From NCBI GenBank assembly GCA_010015805.1, contig ML978129.1:1426001-1490000 (forward strand): a DNA stretch of 64,000 bases. The letters run 5' to 3'. Positions 12,706-24,786 of this stretch are shown here, piece after piece; the first letter of the stretch is position 1; each line of letters opens with the position of its first letter. The translations under genes and the position numbers were made by a program. The notes beneath the pieces are model-generated. The model had not been told where the DNA came from. It saw only the letters and a program-made list of their open reading frames with translations, and did no database searches. This DNA comes from Rhizodiscina lignyota (lineage: Eukaryota).

Positions 12706-13109
12706 TAGAATTAACTGAGAACTCTCTAGAGGTATGCCCACCGGAGATAATGAATAGGCGTATATCGCTGTGGATTGGCTTTGATTGCCCCAGACATGCA
12801 TTTCTTTACATTCTCTTTACAATTTTAATGTGCTGACTGATGAATTTACAGTCTTACCGTTCTTCTCAGAATCTTGTAACTGCGATGGTTTGAATGTGAA
12901 CGCTTTATGAACGGTGAACTGTTCCAGTACGCATCTGAGAAGCAGCTTGTCTTACTTGAAGCAATTAAATAGTACGCAGATTCCAAAAGTATGTGGAGGG
13001 AACCATATCCCAGACATTCGTTGCACATCTTGATCCCAAACCTCCGAGGCCCGTTTGAACATCCGCTTCACATCTTAGAAATGATTTCCAGACCAGTCAC
13101 ATTCTTTTA

Positions 13110-14343
13110 TCATTGCTTTCCGTTCCAGACTCTCGTGAGAAAATCCTCAACCTTGTCAAAGTTGTATTCAGGAAACAGCTGATTGAGTTCGTCCGACACA
13201 TCCCATGCACCTTTTGCGCTGCTTAACAGGATACCGATGGATACCATCTTCGCGAAATGGTCATGCTGCTCCTCAGAAATAGCTCGGTGTCGCTCTGCTA
13301 AAGCCCAAGGTGTATTCAGAGTTCCGGCCTCGAGATCCTCTAAATTGACCTTCTCAATAGTGAACGGACGACCTGCGGTATTGTCATGTAAAACGGAATT
13401 GATCTTCTACTAAGTTTAGGGGCGCTCGAAGCATACCTCGAATTTTCTCGCCGATCTTAATGACTTCGGAGAAAGTCACCCTGTTCCCCCTGATCCCACC
13501 AGTCTCGGGCCACTCGCCCTTGTAGTCAACAGCTTGAGCGACGATAGCAGCGACATCTGCTGCCGTGGTTAGAGTCATGATGGCGTCCTCATGGCCATTT
13601 ACCACGATCGCGCGACAATTGTGATAGTCGAAAACGCTTTGTAACGGATCGATATGTTTTGCCGTTTTATATGGAAAGGCAAGATAGTCCAAGAATAGCC
13701 CAGGCTGGAAAACAATGTATTCAAGAACCTATGAGTACGTTAGCGAGGGTGATGGCGTTGTCGTGATGTCTTACCTTTTCATTTCCGTTGACCTTCCTCA
13801 AATAATCCCTGGTGCTCTCTTTCCCAGCCCACCAAGGCATATTGGTCGTTCCAGCACTGTAGACTCATCAGTTCCGACCTTGCGAGGAATGCCTTACTAT
13901 TCATAATTTACCTTCCATATTCGCTTGGCGCAAAGCGTTTCACGCCAGCAGCGATTGCAGCATCGATTAAGATCTTCTGAGACATGCCTTCTGGATCCAA
14001 AAGAAGCTGAACAAAAGAGAAAAGAGTATGGATTCCTTGCAAAGCATCTACCAGATCAGGTTGGTCATTATAATTCACAACACGCCAGCGTATTCCAGCT
14101 GGGACGTCTTTTATGGAAGCCTCCTAGGCTCTGTTAAAAAGTAACGAAATGTAATGGTGGGAATGGGATGCTGACATTTCTGCTTAAGATGGTGATTTCG
14201 TGTTTGCCTGTATCGAGCAGAGCATCGATTACTTCCTGGGCAACCTCTGGGAAGATCAATTAGTACAGGAATCGGGGATTGTGACTGTCTCGGAGATGTA
14301 GTGACCCACGCCCTGAGCCGCCTGCTACGGCAATTTTCACCAT
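13110..14343 (-). CDS. NmrA-like NAD(P)-binding oxidoreductase (6 exons)
   Basis: Hand splicing gives MVKIAVAGGSG-QVAQEVIDALL...LIDAAIAAGVKRFAPSEYG...FQPGLFLDYL...DFLTRVWNGKQ* with five GT-AG introns in frame. Confidence 0.88.
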
Positions 14344-14476
14344 TTTTGTTGTGTAAGAGTAATGCTGTTCGCTCGAATCCTCAATGTGGCCATTCAAAAG
14401 TGAATGAGTCCTTGAAGACATGAATCCGGACTAAAAGCATTGGAAGTATTTATGCTCGCATCTTCTCTCAGTGATG

Positions 14477-14814
14477 AGAAAACCGCAGAAAACCGCGGTC
14501 ATTGTCTTCACAGTGATAGTGTCTCGCAAAGCTTCGTCCACCAGGCCCGCGGCTGTGAGTTTCTCTTCTGCTATGTCATGGGAGATATGTAGCCCTTTCT
14601 CTGGCTGAGGTAGTATGTTGGGTGGGGCGTTACCTAGTTTTAGGTGGGAGGTGCCCCTGAACCGATTGATCTCCGGGTACCTTATCCTATGTACCTCTCT
14701 CGCCTCCGGGACACTAGCTCCTTCGTATCATCACTCGTCCGCCGCGGCGGACATCACTCACATATAGGAACGCGGCATTGCTCTTGCTAATCTTCCAACT
14801 CCGCCGCGGCTGTG
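14477..14814. promoter_or_regulatory. Cluster of CCGCGG elements in the NmrA/TF divergent promoter
   Basis: CCGCGG at 14493, 14547, 14742 and 14804; perfect 16-bp palindrome GTCCGCCGCGGCGGAC at 14737-14752; CCGCGGCTGTG occurs twice. Confidence 0.6.
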
Positions 14815-14896
14815 GTAGCGATTCATACCGAAGAGGGGTAATTCCACTCTCTTCACGGTTCATCTTATCGTTCAACTAAGCGGCTTTCGGGTTACA

Positions 14897-16974
14897 ATGA
14901 CAGAAACAGGCGCGGACTGTGAGAGGGAAAGGCCACCCATAGCCAAGAGAAGGAAGATCCGCAAAGGCACCAAAAGCTGCTGGGAATGCAAACGGCGGAA
15001 GATCCGATGTACCTTTATCGCCTCTACTGAGTCAAGATGTGACGGCTGCAGGAGCCGTGGAACCAAATGCATTGGGCAGGAATTTCACAACGAGCCAAAG
15101 GCGGCAAAGAGCAAGGCTGACAGATTAGACCGAATGGAAGCATTGGTCGAGCAACTAGCCAAACGAGCTGATCCTGATCTGCCAGGCTTACTGTCCCATA
15201 ATGCACAAGATGCGAGGACGAATACAGTGGTAAGTATTTCTTGTAAAGGACTGCTTGTATCGATTCTAACAGTAACGGAAAGGAACGTGTCAACGGCGAT
15301 CCCTGTGTTTCCCTTATATCGAATAGTCCAATCGCTGCTACCCAACCTAATTCAGGAGTGAATATTCAGGGTAAACATAGATATGATGGAATACGTGGCG
15401 CCCTTCTTGCTGTCTGGCCTAGCCAGTGTGAGCTCGATCTCATAACGAGCATCACGGTTGGAACCTCTGTGCTCTTTCACGGCACAGTTTGCATGCCATA
15501 CTCTAGGCTCCTGAGCAAGGACATGCCATCGCCACAAGAAATGCTACAGCTACCTCCGCCGGGGTCTCATCCTGTTTTGATAGCCCGCAAGCTCTTAATG
15601 CTAGCCTCGTTTCTGCAAGGCATCCCGCCGGGAGGTATCAAAGAGCTTGGAATACTGGGCATAAAATGCCATGAAGTCATGTCTAGCATAGTCGAGACAG
15701 TGAGCCGACTGATTACTAGCCACGACAACCTCGTCGGCTCTCTCGAGGGCATCGAATGCGTCATGATCGAAAGCATGTATCATAACAACGCAGGAAACCT
15801 CCATGATGCTTGGCTTAAGAACCGTCGAGCGATGGTGAGAGCACAGATGATGGGACTTCACCTGGGTAACTCGCCGCGGCCCAATATGCTTGACGTCGAA
15901 ACACGAGAACGAATTGATCTAGAACACATGTGGTTCCGCTTGGTCATCTCAGATCGGTACCTCTCTCTAATGCTCGGCTTGCCACAAGGCTCTCAAGAGA
16001 GTCCCTTCGGAACTCCAAAAGCTCTGGAAGGCTGTGCGCCTATGGAGCGAATGGAGCGAATTGAGGCAGTCGTGGGAGGACTTATCCTTCAGCGCAATAA
16101 AGGGGACTCACACAACATTGAAGCTACACACGAGATCGACAAGCTCCTACAGGATGCTGCTGCTTCCATGCCAGCTCAATGGTGGCTAACTCCCGATATC
16201 GCGTCTATCACCAACTCTGACACAAATGCATTAAGCGAAACTATCCGCGTCATGAACCAGTTTTCGCACTATCACTTACTCGTACAGTTGTATCTGCCGT
16301 ACATCCCTCAATCCACTGCTGATCGAAAGTACGATTATGGCAAAATCACGGCGGTGAATGCTAGCCGTGAGATACTCTCGCGCTTCATGTATTTCCGTGG
16401 CTCCGATATGATCACCGCATACTGTCGAGGTATTGATTTCCTTGCACTTATTGCAAGCACGACATTATGTCTCGCCCACATCGACGCTCGCAGGCGAGAC
16501 GGAATTGGTATGGGCAACCGCGCGACCGTCTTTCAGTTTCTTGCACACCAGCGACTTGGCGATCGCGGACTGATGGAACGCATGCTCCAGAGTATGGAGA
16601 AGATGATTCAGGTCTATGGTGACACCATTGCTTGTAAGATTGCTGGCATCTTACGGCCTTTGCTAGCTATCGAGGCTGCCGCTGCCAACGGCGGCTCCTA
16701 CAGTGCTAGTGTTTCCTCCGAGCTTGGTGAGCAGGAGTTCTCATGTGGCGGCAATGCGAATGATGGGGGTGATCCGCTGCGTATCAGTATTCCCTACTTT
16801 GGCACTATCAAAATTGAGCACGGCAATGATTTCTTCAACTTCGACGACAATCCTCTCGGTGCAGATCGTCTGCTAGCACCGGAACTGGCAGCAGATGTAG
16901 ATGATTGGGCCTTACAAGGCATGGATATGGCTTCATTCAACAGTCTTATTCGAGGAGCCGGGACTTTCCCGTAA
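14897..16974 (+). CDS. Zn(II)2Cys6 transcription factor (2 exons; intron ~15230-15282)
   Basis: RRKIRKGTKS-CWECKRRKIRC....CDGCRSRGTKC binuclear cluster; the splice joins it in frame to the 538-aa ORF containing a fungal TF middle-homology region. Confidence 0.92.
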
Positions 16975-17130
16975 CAAGGGAGGAATCTCAGACGTGGAAG
17001 TTGGAATTGGGAGCTGAGGCCGATAGAGTAATATACTGTTCGTGTCAAAGACCAAGAAATCTCCTTTGATGGAGCAGTTGCTGTACTCGCTCTGTGGTTT
17101 GGTTGCAGTATAAAGTGTCGTAATAGTTCT

Positions 17131-18035
17131 CTAATGGCCCTCGGAGAACCAGGTCTCCCACCACTTCTGAGGCGGACTTCGAGCAAGTCCCCATCGCTGC
17201 AGTTCCTTTGTTTCGTCTGTAATTGTTTGTTTCGTCTCTTTCCACATTTCGAAGTCTATGATATTGCTGTTGGTGGCATTAGCCATCTACGAGGTTTCGT
17301 GCCGTAGCAGACCGCTCGACATACCACGTTTTCGTCTCTCTGTCCCACATGATGTTTCTCAGTCCTCGATCTTCGGGCTGAATGCCAAGCTCATATATTG
17401 TCCTGTAAGACTGGTCAATATCAAGCCCGGAGCAGATCGGACTGAAGCCCGAAAGGCGTACCGAAGGATTTTGAGGAACTTCTGAACAATGTCTCTTCGT
17501 TCGTCCTCTGGTAAGCCCCAGAAATGCAGGTTAAATAGAGTATCGCCAGGTATCTTGTTCATGAGCGTGTACGTAAGGTAGCCACCGGGGAGGGGGCAAC
17601 TGTCGCTTTGAACAGCTCGTTTAAAGCCGAGCAGCTGCGGCGCATACGCGCTATTAGCACCACGGAATGTCTCAAGCGCTTTGAGCTCTAGAGCAGTCGT
17701 GGTGCTTGGACCCTCTTCTGGCTTTGGTATATCTGTCTTGGAGTTGCCAGGGATTCTAGGTTTGCTGTTGGCATTTGGCGCTGACTCTCCTGCGGGTAAA
17801 TAGAAAGGAAAGAGAAGGAAAGGCAAGAATACTGGACTTTAACCTTCATGACATATTCCTGGTCGCCAGTACTGCCTAGCCATTTGCAGGTATATAAGAT
17901 GCGAGCTTCCAGAGGCGTACCGTCGTGGCAGGCTCTGTAATCTGTGATCGGATGTACGAGTTCGTAAGAGGCGCCATCAGGGAAGTCCACTACTTTGTCA
18001 AGGAATTCTGGAGACGACAGAGTGGAGATTGCCAT
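17131..18035 (-). CDS. Small atypical protein-kinase-like (PKL-fold) protein, about 4 exons
   Basis: Spliced product contains YVMKVK (beta3 Lys), ELKAL (alphaC Glu), LMNKIPG (hinge), GIQPEDRGLRNIMWD (catalytic-loop-like) and IIDFE; stop TAG at 17131. The first acceptor site is uncertain. Confidence 0.65.
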
Positions 18036-18490
18036 TATAAAAGGGGTATAGTTAGAATAGAATAAGCATTGACAGAAGATAGACCGGAACGAGATATATA
18101 TTTTGAAGACAACTGATATTGTATAGCTCGAGGGATGCGTTGTCGTTAAGCGAGCCTTTCCCGTCTAGTCCTGGTATGGTTAGCGCATCCCAAAATGGTA
18201 GCTATCCACCACGAATCAAAATATCCACATTTCGCCATCCGACTTTTCTTCCCACAGACGACACCCAAAACACTGGACCAAACCAACGTGTTGATTCAGC
18301 CTCCTGACACTTTCTTGCTATCTTACATAACGATCAGCTGTGTTTTGTTCTCCGCAGATCACAAGCACCGCATACACACGACTGGCAGAGCGGCTCCACA
18401 CCTGAGAGCGCGTCAACAGACAGCAAACCGAACCCATCTCCCTCAGTCCGCACGTATTATCAAACTCTCTCACTACTCTTTACGAACACT

Positions 18491-19645
18491 ATGGCGCAAT
18501 CTCAGCCATCGATCGGCTCCTCCAGCAAGCAGTATGTATTTATTGCAGGTCCTTCCCTCCCCGAAATCGGCTTTTCGCCTTCGCGAATCCGACAAAAAAC
18601 AAAAAGCTCCTTCGAGCTTCTCGCTCAAAAGAAACCAAATTCCCCTTTCTGTCTCTCTGCGGACATGGTATGCCATTCGCTCTTTTTTGAATATACTAAA
18701 ATCTATTCCAGACAGGTGTCAGAACGCAAGCCAGTAGACCTTGCCGACACGTCTAAACTGGCGAGGAAAATGAAAACGTGGGAGCTCGTCAGCTTCAATT
18801 CCCCACAGCTCAGCATTGACGACGGTGACCTCTTCCTTTCGACGTCGTACGACCCCAAAGTCCTCCGGCTTGTCCGACTCGAGCACCAAATCTCCACCCG
18901 GGAGGACAAAGCGGTCATGCTCGGGAGGATGAAGTACCTGTGGCAAGACGGAGAGAGCACCGTGCGGGTGTCAAACCAGATCAAGGATGGCGAGCACTGG
19001 GCCGAGCTCGTCTTCCCGGCTACATGGAGCATGCACGCCTTTCTCAAGCATTTGCATAAGTCGAAGAAACGCTTCACGTACATGGTCTGGGGGACGACAG
19101 ATAAGGCTAGCGCCGCATCAAAGGCGGCTAGCGCAAGGCCAAGATCGACTAGAGCAAAACCAAAGCCGGCCGCGACCGGGTCCGAAGTGATTAGCGTCAG
19201 CCACCCGCCGGCAGACGCTAGCCGCTTCGGACGAGGGTTGAAGAGGAAGAGAGTGGAAGTGGAAGAGCAACAGGAAGAGGAGGAGAAGGAAGAGGAAGAG
19301 GGAGAGCCTGCACCAAAGGCGGCTAGGGGCAAGACTAGCGCCAAGAGGCGGAGGTTCGAGGCGGACGAGACACCCTGCTTGCAGGGTGTGAAGGGGGTGA
19401 AGCTCGGTGAGAAGATCACGGAGGTGGTGAGGGTGGTCCTCCTCCAAGGAGGCAACAAGCCGATGCCGCTCTTGGGCATCCGCACCGCGATTGTGTCCAA
19501 GTACCCGCAGCTCCCAGAGCAGTGTGGTACTTGGGCCAATCAGGTCAAAAACGTGGTGCGGTTTGCTCCCTTCGAGCGGCAGAAACTTTCCTCCAAGGAG
19601 GGGGCCCGCCTGAATGTGTACGGCTACTTGGTAGCTAAGGATTAG
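18491..19645 (+). CDS. Hypothetical nuclear protein with acidic/basic tract and C-terminal forkhead-like winged helix
   Basis: 384-aa intronless ORF; LKRKR and AKRRR NLS-like motifs; poly-Glu tract; C-terminal ITEVVRVVLLQGGNKPMPLLGIRTAIVSKYPQL...WANQVKNVV resembles forkhead helices. Confidence 0.6.
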   Translation: MAQSQPSIGSSSKQYVFIAGPSLPEIGFSPSRIRQKTKSSFELLAQKKPNSPFCLSADMVCHSLFFEYTKIYSRQVSERKPVDLADTSKLARKMKTWELVSFNSPQLSIDDGDLFLSTSYDPKVLRLVRLEHQISTREDKAVMLGRMKYLWQDGESTVRVSNQIKDGEHWAELVFPATWSMHAFLKHLHKSKKRFTYMVWGTTDKASAASKAASARPRSTRAKPKPAATGSEVISVSHPPADASRFGRGLKRKRVEVEEQQEEEEKEEEEGEPAPKAARGKTSAKRRRFEADETPCLQGVKGVKLGEKITEVVRVVLLQGGNKPMPLLGIRTAIVSKYPQLPEQCGTWANQVKNVVRFAPFERQKLSSKEGARLNVYGYLVAKD

Positions 19646-20120
19646 CTGCCTAGATACTGCAGGGAGACCACTGCTTGGTTACCAGGTAGTCGTACATGTT
19701 CTGCATAGATAGAGCAGGGAGAGAGGGTGAGGGGGGGATGAAAACGGAATGCAACTTTCTTCTATGGCGCCACCAAGTCAGCCCAGGACGTATTCGTTTC
19801 CAAACTGTGACTTAAAACACGTGCACAGAGGCTACAGAGAGAGCACTCTAAAATTTGAACTGTAAACAAGCATCACGTAAGCAAGCCAGAGGAGCGTACT
19901 CAACTGTAGCTCTGTAACTTGGGTGTTTTGCTGTTCCAATGGTGGCGACTATCCATGTACTCTATTCACTCAAGTCTGGTATATCACATACTAAGTGCTC
20001 AGACAGGCGTGATGTCGGATGAGACCATGGCATTGGGGGATACTACGCTGCAGTAACCAATACAAACATTCAATCAGTAAAACCAAAATAGAGCTGTAAA
20101 GGAGAGAAGGAAAGGCCGAA

Positions 20121-20450
20121 ATACGGTATTCCCTCACCCAATATAGAACTAGACAGTAAGGATACCAAGGCAGCGGAGACTTCTTCCTCTACTCGAATTG
20201 GAGCTAAACATTAAGGTGGCAAAAGCAGCAGGATAGTCGTGCCCTGAATAAGGTGAAACTGAACAATAAAGAGGGTAAGGTGGAAGAATGGTGTTGTTCT
20301 GGCCAAGATGAAGCTGAACAATATGACAACCAAAGCAGCAGAATGGCCTTGCTCTGACCAAGGTGAAGCTGGATGATATGGCAATCAAGGCAGAAGAATG
20401 TTCTTACGCTGCTTGACATGGAGTTGAACAGTAAAAAAGTCAAGGCAGAA
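20121..20450. repeat. Degenerate tandem array, 6 x 55 bp (weaker partial units at 20066 and 20451)
   Basis: Units start at 20121, 20176, 20231, 20286, 20341 and 20396 and align without gaps; approximate consensus gaatggtcttgctctgaccaaNatgaagctgaacaataagNNNNccaaggcagaa. Confidence 0.85.
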
Positions 20451-20644
20451 GGAAAGATTTATTCTGTTTGAACTGTGATCGAACTACAGGAAGTCCTGCT
20501 GCAAAGGGAAGCTTTTCCTGAACTTGAACCATTGCCGAGCAATACGCAGAGGAAGAACAGACACCTCCTTAATCACGGCCCTCTGACTTCACCGCATAGG
20601 CATTAAGATCGTTACGGACATCAGCGCCATTACGTACCTCACTC

Positions 20645-22548
20645 TCACTCCAACTTCGCATTGTTCCTCGCACTAGCCTCTGCCACAAGCTTCAAGGTCG
20701 TCGGCGCATCCTCCTTTGGAATGTATAGCTCCACAAACCGCAACACCTTGCTCTCCGGATCCGAGAACTCCTTATCTGCAAACAGGTCCTCGACCTCCTT
20801 CCTCGTCTTCACCACATATGTCTTGGCCTGGCCTTCCTTGGCCCCAAATGCCGCTGGCAGGTCCTTGTACCGCCACGGCTGGATGTCGTTGTAGGAGCTC
20901 TCCATGCCATGGATGTAGCGCTCGATCGTATAGCCGTCGTTGCACAGCACGAACAGGATGGGGTTGAGGTCGTTGCGCAGCATTGTCGATACTTCTTGTC
21001 CGGTGAGCTGGAAGGAGCCGTCGCCGGTGAACAGTATGGTGCGCTTAAGGCCCTTCTCCTTGGCTGCAAGCGCGGCGCCTTGCGTAGCACCTGTCGCATA
21101 GCCGATGCTGCCCCAAAGAACTTGTGAGATGGCGGTCACGCCCTTGGGGAAGCGTGTCTCCCAGATGCCGAAATTCGAGGTACCGGTCTCGGTGATGACG
21201 ACGTCGTCTTCGCGGAGCCATTGACCGAGCTTGGGCCAGAACCAGGACTGTAAGATCGTTTCGGTTGATTGCTCCTCCACCTTCTGGGGCACAGTGTTGC
21301 TTGGTGGTTCCGGGCTTTTCTGGATCTTGAGCTTAGAGGTATCGATGCGCTCGGTCACCTTGCGTAGCACACCATTCATACGCACCCCTGGGTACTCAGA
21401 GTAACGGACTTTGATGCCATAGGAATGGAAGTCGATAGTTGAGAGCTGACTGATGCGGTAGGTGAAGCCAGCGGTGTTGAAGTCAGATTTCACAGCTCCT
21501 ATACTGAGGATCAGGTCGGAGGATTCGACTCGCTCGCGAACACCCGGATTTGATCCATCGCCAGCATAGACGCCGCCGTAGTTAGGAATCGTCTCGTCGA
21601 TGGCGGACTTTCCCATTGGAGTGACAAAGACTGGGAGGCCAGTCTTCTCTACTAGTGCATGCACTTCGTCCAGAGCCTAGCACATTCAGCCATTAGAACT
21701 ACGGACGTAAACCAGGTAAAAGAACACTTACTCTATGTCGAATGGCGCATGCGTCAACCAAGATAACCGGGCTCTTTGCGTCATGCAAATACTTCAGCAC
21801 AACTTCGACAGCATACTCCTCCGCCCCCTCATCATTTTCGGGGAAGGAGAGATCGAGCTTCGTCTCCAATCTCTTGCCTTCAACCTTCTTCTGCACCATG
21901 TCTGTCGGCAGCGTCAGGTACACCGGCCGACTCTTGACGTAACATTCGCGCACTGCGTTGTCGATCAACGTGGGGATTTCCGCGGGGTCGTTCAGTGCGG
22001 CTGTCGCAGTAGAGATCTGCGCGCTCATGTGCGCGAAGACCTTGAAGTCGCCGTTGCCCAGAGTGTGATGCAGAAGCATCCCATTGCGTTGCGAGACAGT
22101 GGATGGCACGCCGACGATGTGCACGATGGGGACATACTCAGAATACGCACCAGCGATAGCGTTCACGGCACTGAGCTCGCCGACACCGAATGTCGTGACA
22201 AGGGCAGAGATGCCGTTGATACGGGCGTAACCATCTGCCGCATAACCTGTAGGCGCATTAGCTTAAATCAGTTCGAATGGTAGATGTTCCGTATCATACC
22301 TGCGTTGAGCTCATTGCAATTGCCAACCCAACGGAGTCCATTCTTTTCGACGTAGTCGAGAGCAACGAGGTTATAGTCGCCCGGAACGCCGTGGATCGAT
22401 TTGATGCCGACTTCTTTCAGTCGTCGGAAGAGGTACTGCTCGAAACGTTAGCATCAGCTATCATTCAAGTTAGCATGTGATAACGAAAACGCACCTCAGC
22501 GACATCGACAGGCTCCTTGAGCTCCGCCGTCCTGATATCCGTAGCCAT
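20645..22548 (-). CDS. pdcA: Pyruvate decarboxylase (4 exons)
   Basis: [47 protein letters not shown]; ThDP motif GDGSFQL...NDGYTIER. Confidence 0.95.
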
Positions 22549-23372
22549 CGTGCCAATTGAGCTTCGAGCCGCTATTCCTGAAGGTCAGGTTGATTGTAGG
22601 AGCAAAGCTGAAGGTTCAATGGCATATATATTCAGCGGCGTGCTCAGGGCTAGAGAAGAGAATATCACGTTGTCGTCAGGGCTACCAATGACTTCATCGG
22701 AAAGCAGCGGGACCAGCCCGCATTAGCATTCCTCCTGCGACGCGGCTGCGAAGCGGCTGCAATCGTCTCAAATCAGCGCTTGATTGGAGCTTAGTAAGTA
22801 CGAAGCTTCAAGAGCCTTCCGCTCAGGCTCCATTCGTACCGCCCATGGAATTTGAGTGAACTTCATGATTTACTTGACGGCGCGGAGTCGATTGAGCGTG
22901 AACTTCTGCCTCGACGACTACTCCGGTCCTCCGGCGCGTCCCGCCACTCGTAAAGGCGTGGAACCGATTCTTGACGCGCTTAATTGCGGTTTAGGCAATA
23001 TCTTGGAATATTATCGGTTTCCGATTTCGGCCATAAATTGGCGCACGACACAGAGCAAGACCAAAGTTGTTGAGAATTATGACGCTCCACGCCCCCAGGG
23101 CAATACGTAGTACAGTACAGGCAGATCGATCGAGGACGAAGGCAGTCAGATTCATCCGGTATCACAAAAACATCCGCACCATGCTCCCATGCAATTGAAG
23201 CCATGCAAATACCCAACCGTGAAAAACAGATTGTGGTGTCTCCCGCTCTGCCAGACACCCATCCGCGCCGCCAAGTTGGAGCTCGAAATCGCTAAATGCT
23301 CACCGTCTTGTTCGCTGCCGTCACACGTAAACCCATTATATCGTACAATCTCGGCCGTATGCTGGTTTGCCG

Positions 23373-24786
23373 TTAAACTTGACCCTGTGCCTGTCTCATC
23401 TTCCACCGCTCCACCCACGCCTCGCGACAAACATCGTACAAGAATGCAAACTGCCCTTCGCCCTGGACCATCATCATGCGCTGCTTCCTCAGTGCGTCGA
23501 CGCACTCGAGAACCGGGTCTCGCGCCTGCCCGTTGTTCGTAAGGATCACACTATCCCTTTGTCCGCCTCTACCACTTGGGGTCTCGTCGCCAGCAGGCAT
23601 TCCGTCAACATCCATGGCCTCGGAAGTAATATCGATTCCGTCTCGTCCTTTGACCTCGAAGGGTGATAGGTCGTCCCATGCGCCCTCGGCGATCTCCTGG
23701 AGCAAGAAGTCCAGAGCAATAAATGTCCCGCTGCGACCGACACCAGCACTGCAGTGGACGATTCGCGGATTTGACGGGTTGCTGTTTAGTTTTGCGGAGA
23801 GGGAGATAAGGTTGAGGAGCGCTGCACGGTCGGGGCCTTCAGGGACGAGGAAGTCGGGCCAACCCCCGAACAAGAGGTGAGTGATAGGCTTATGGATTTT
23901 CGCGGTAGTAGAAGTCGTGCTTTCCGGCTGTTCGGTGTGTGTCATTGAAGTCGCCGACGCAGCTGAGACACATGTCTCGAGGTCGATTTCGCGGACCGTG
24001 CTACGCGTCTCCTGGTCCTCCGCGATGCTCTTGAGCGTCAACGTGCCCGTGAATCCATCTGCAAATTCGTCCTGCTCGTTAACCGCGAAAACAGGATTTA
24101 CCATGTCAGCAGGGAAGTACTGAAAGCACTTCTCTCGTCCTTGCTCATGCGTCTGCGTCAGCATCACAATAACAGCCTTCTCGTCCTCTTTCCCCGTCTC
24201 TGCGTACACCATGCGCCATATGTGACTCTCAGTGCCCTCCTTCGGCCCTTGTGTGGCAATGAAGCGCTTCTCGATACCGCTAACGGTCTGTGTGAGGATG
24301 ATGGGTGAAGCGTTGATGTAGTCGGAGACGCCTTCGGGGACAAGCAGCCGGACGCGGTTGGCAGCCCACGGCTCTACATTCTGATAGCGGTTGCGGCGTA
24401 AGATCTCGGCATTGCTGGTAGGATCAAGACGAGACCAAGGCGAAGGCTGAGAGTCTGGAGAGGCAGGTGAAGGAGGGTTGTGGCCAGCAGCTATACGGAC
24501 CCGCTGCTGCCATTCGAGGTCGCCGAACTTGTTGTGGATGTCTAATAGCCACAGTTTTAGTAATCCCCAGTTTTAAATGCCTCTGGTGTATAAGAAACCT
24601 ACCTGATCGTGTCTGGAGCAGGAAAGGAGGGATAGGCGGCTCGTTCTCGCTGCTCGTGTGACTCTCGGCAGATGTGCGCGCACTGCCTGCTACGACAGCT
24701 GCCAGCGGTGAGGAATCTCCACTTTGTGATGTCGATGGCCTAGACGAGGAGCTGGACGAAGCAGCGGTGCCTAGCACCCCCGACAT
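23373..24786 (-). CDS. PTP1: Classical protein tyrosine phosphatase (2 exons)
   Basis: NRYQNV, DYINAS, FIATQGP, WPD loop, HCSAGVGRSG and Q-loop MVQGEGQ; the start codon is inferred. Confidence 0.9.

Noticed and set aside
18703..19539. Long antisense ORFs (278 aa here; others opposite the F-box, XDH, PKS and APC1 genes)
   Set aside because: Shadow frames of codon-biased genes with no recognisable motifs.
20121..20450. 55-bp array as a CRISPR-like repeat-spacer locus
   Set aside because: Similarity spans the whole unit, there are no unique spacers or cas genes, and the context is eukaryotic.
23373..24786. PTP1 (or APC1) as a self-resistance target copy for the RAL cluster
   Set aside because: Both look like ordinary housekeeping genes with canonical motifs; nothing in the window shows duplication, and known RAL targets are kinases, Hsp90 or receptors.
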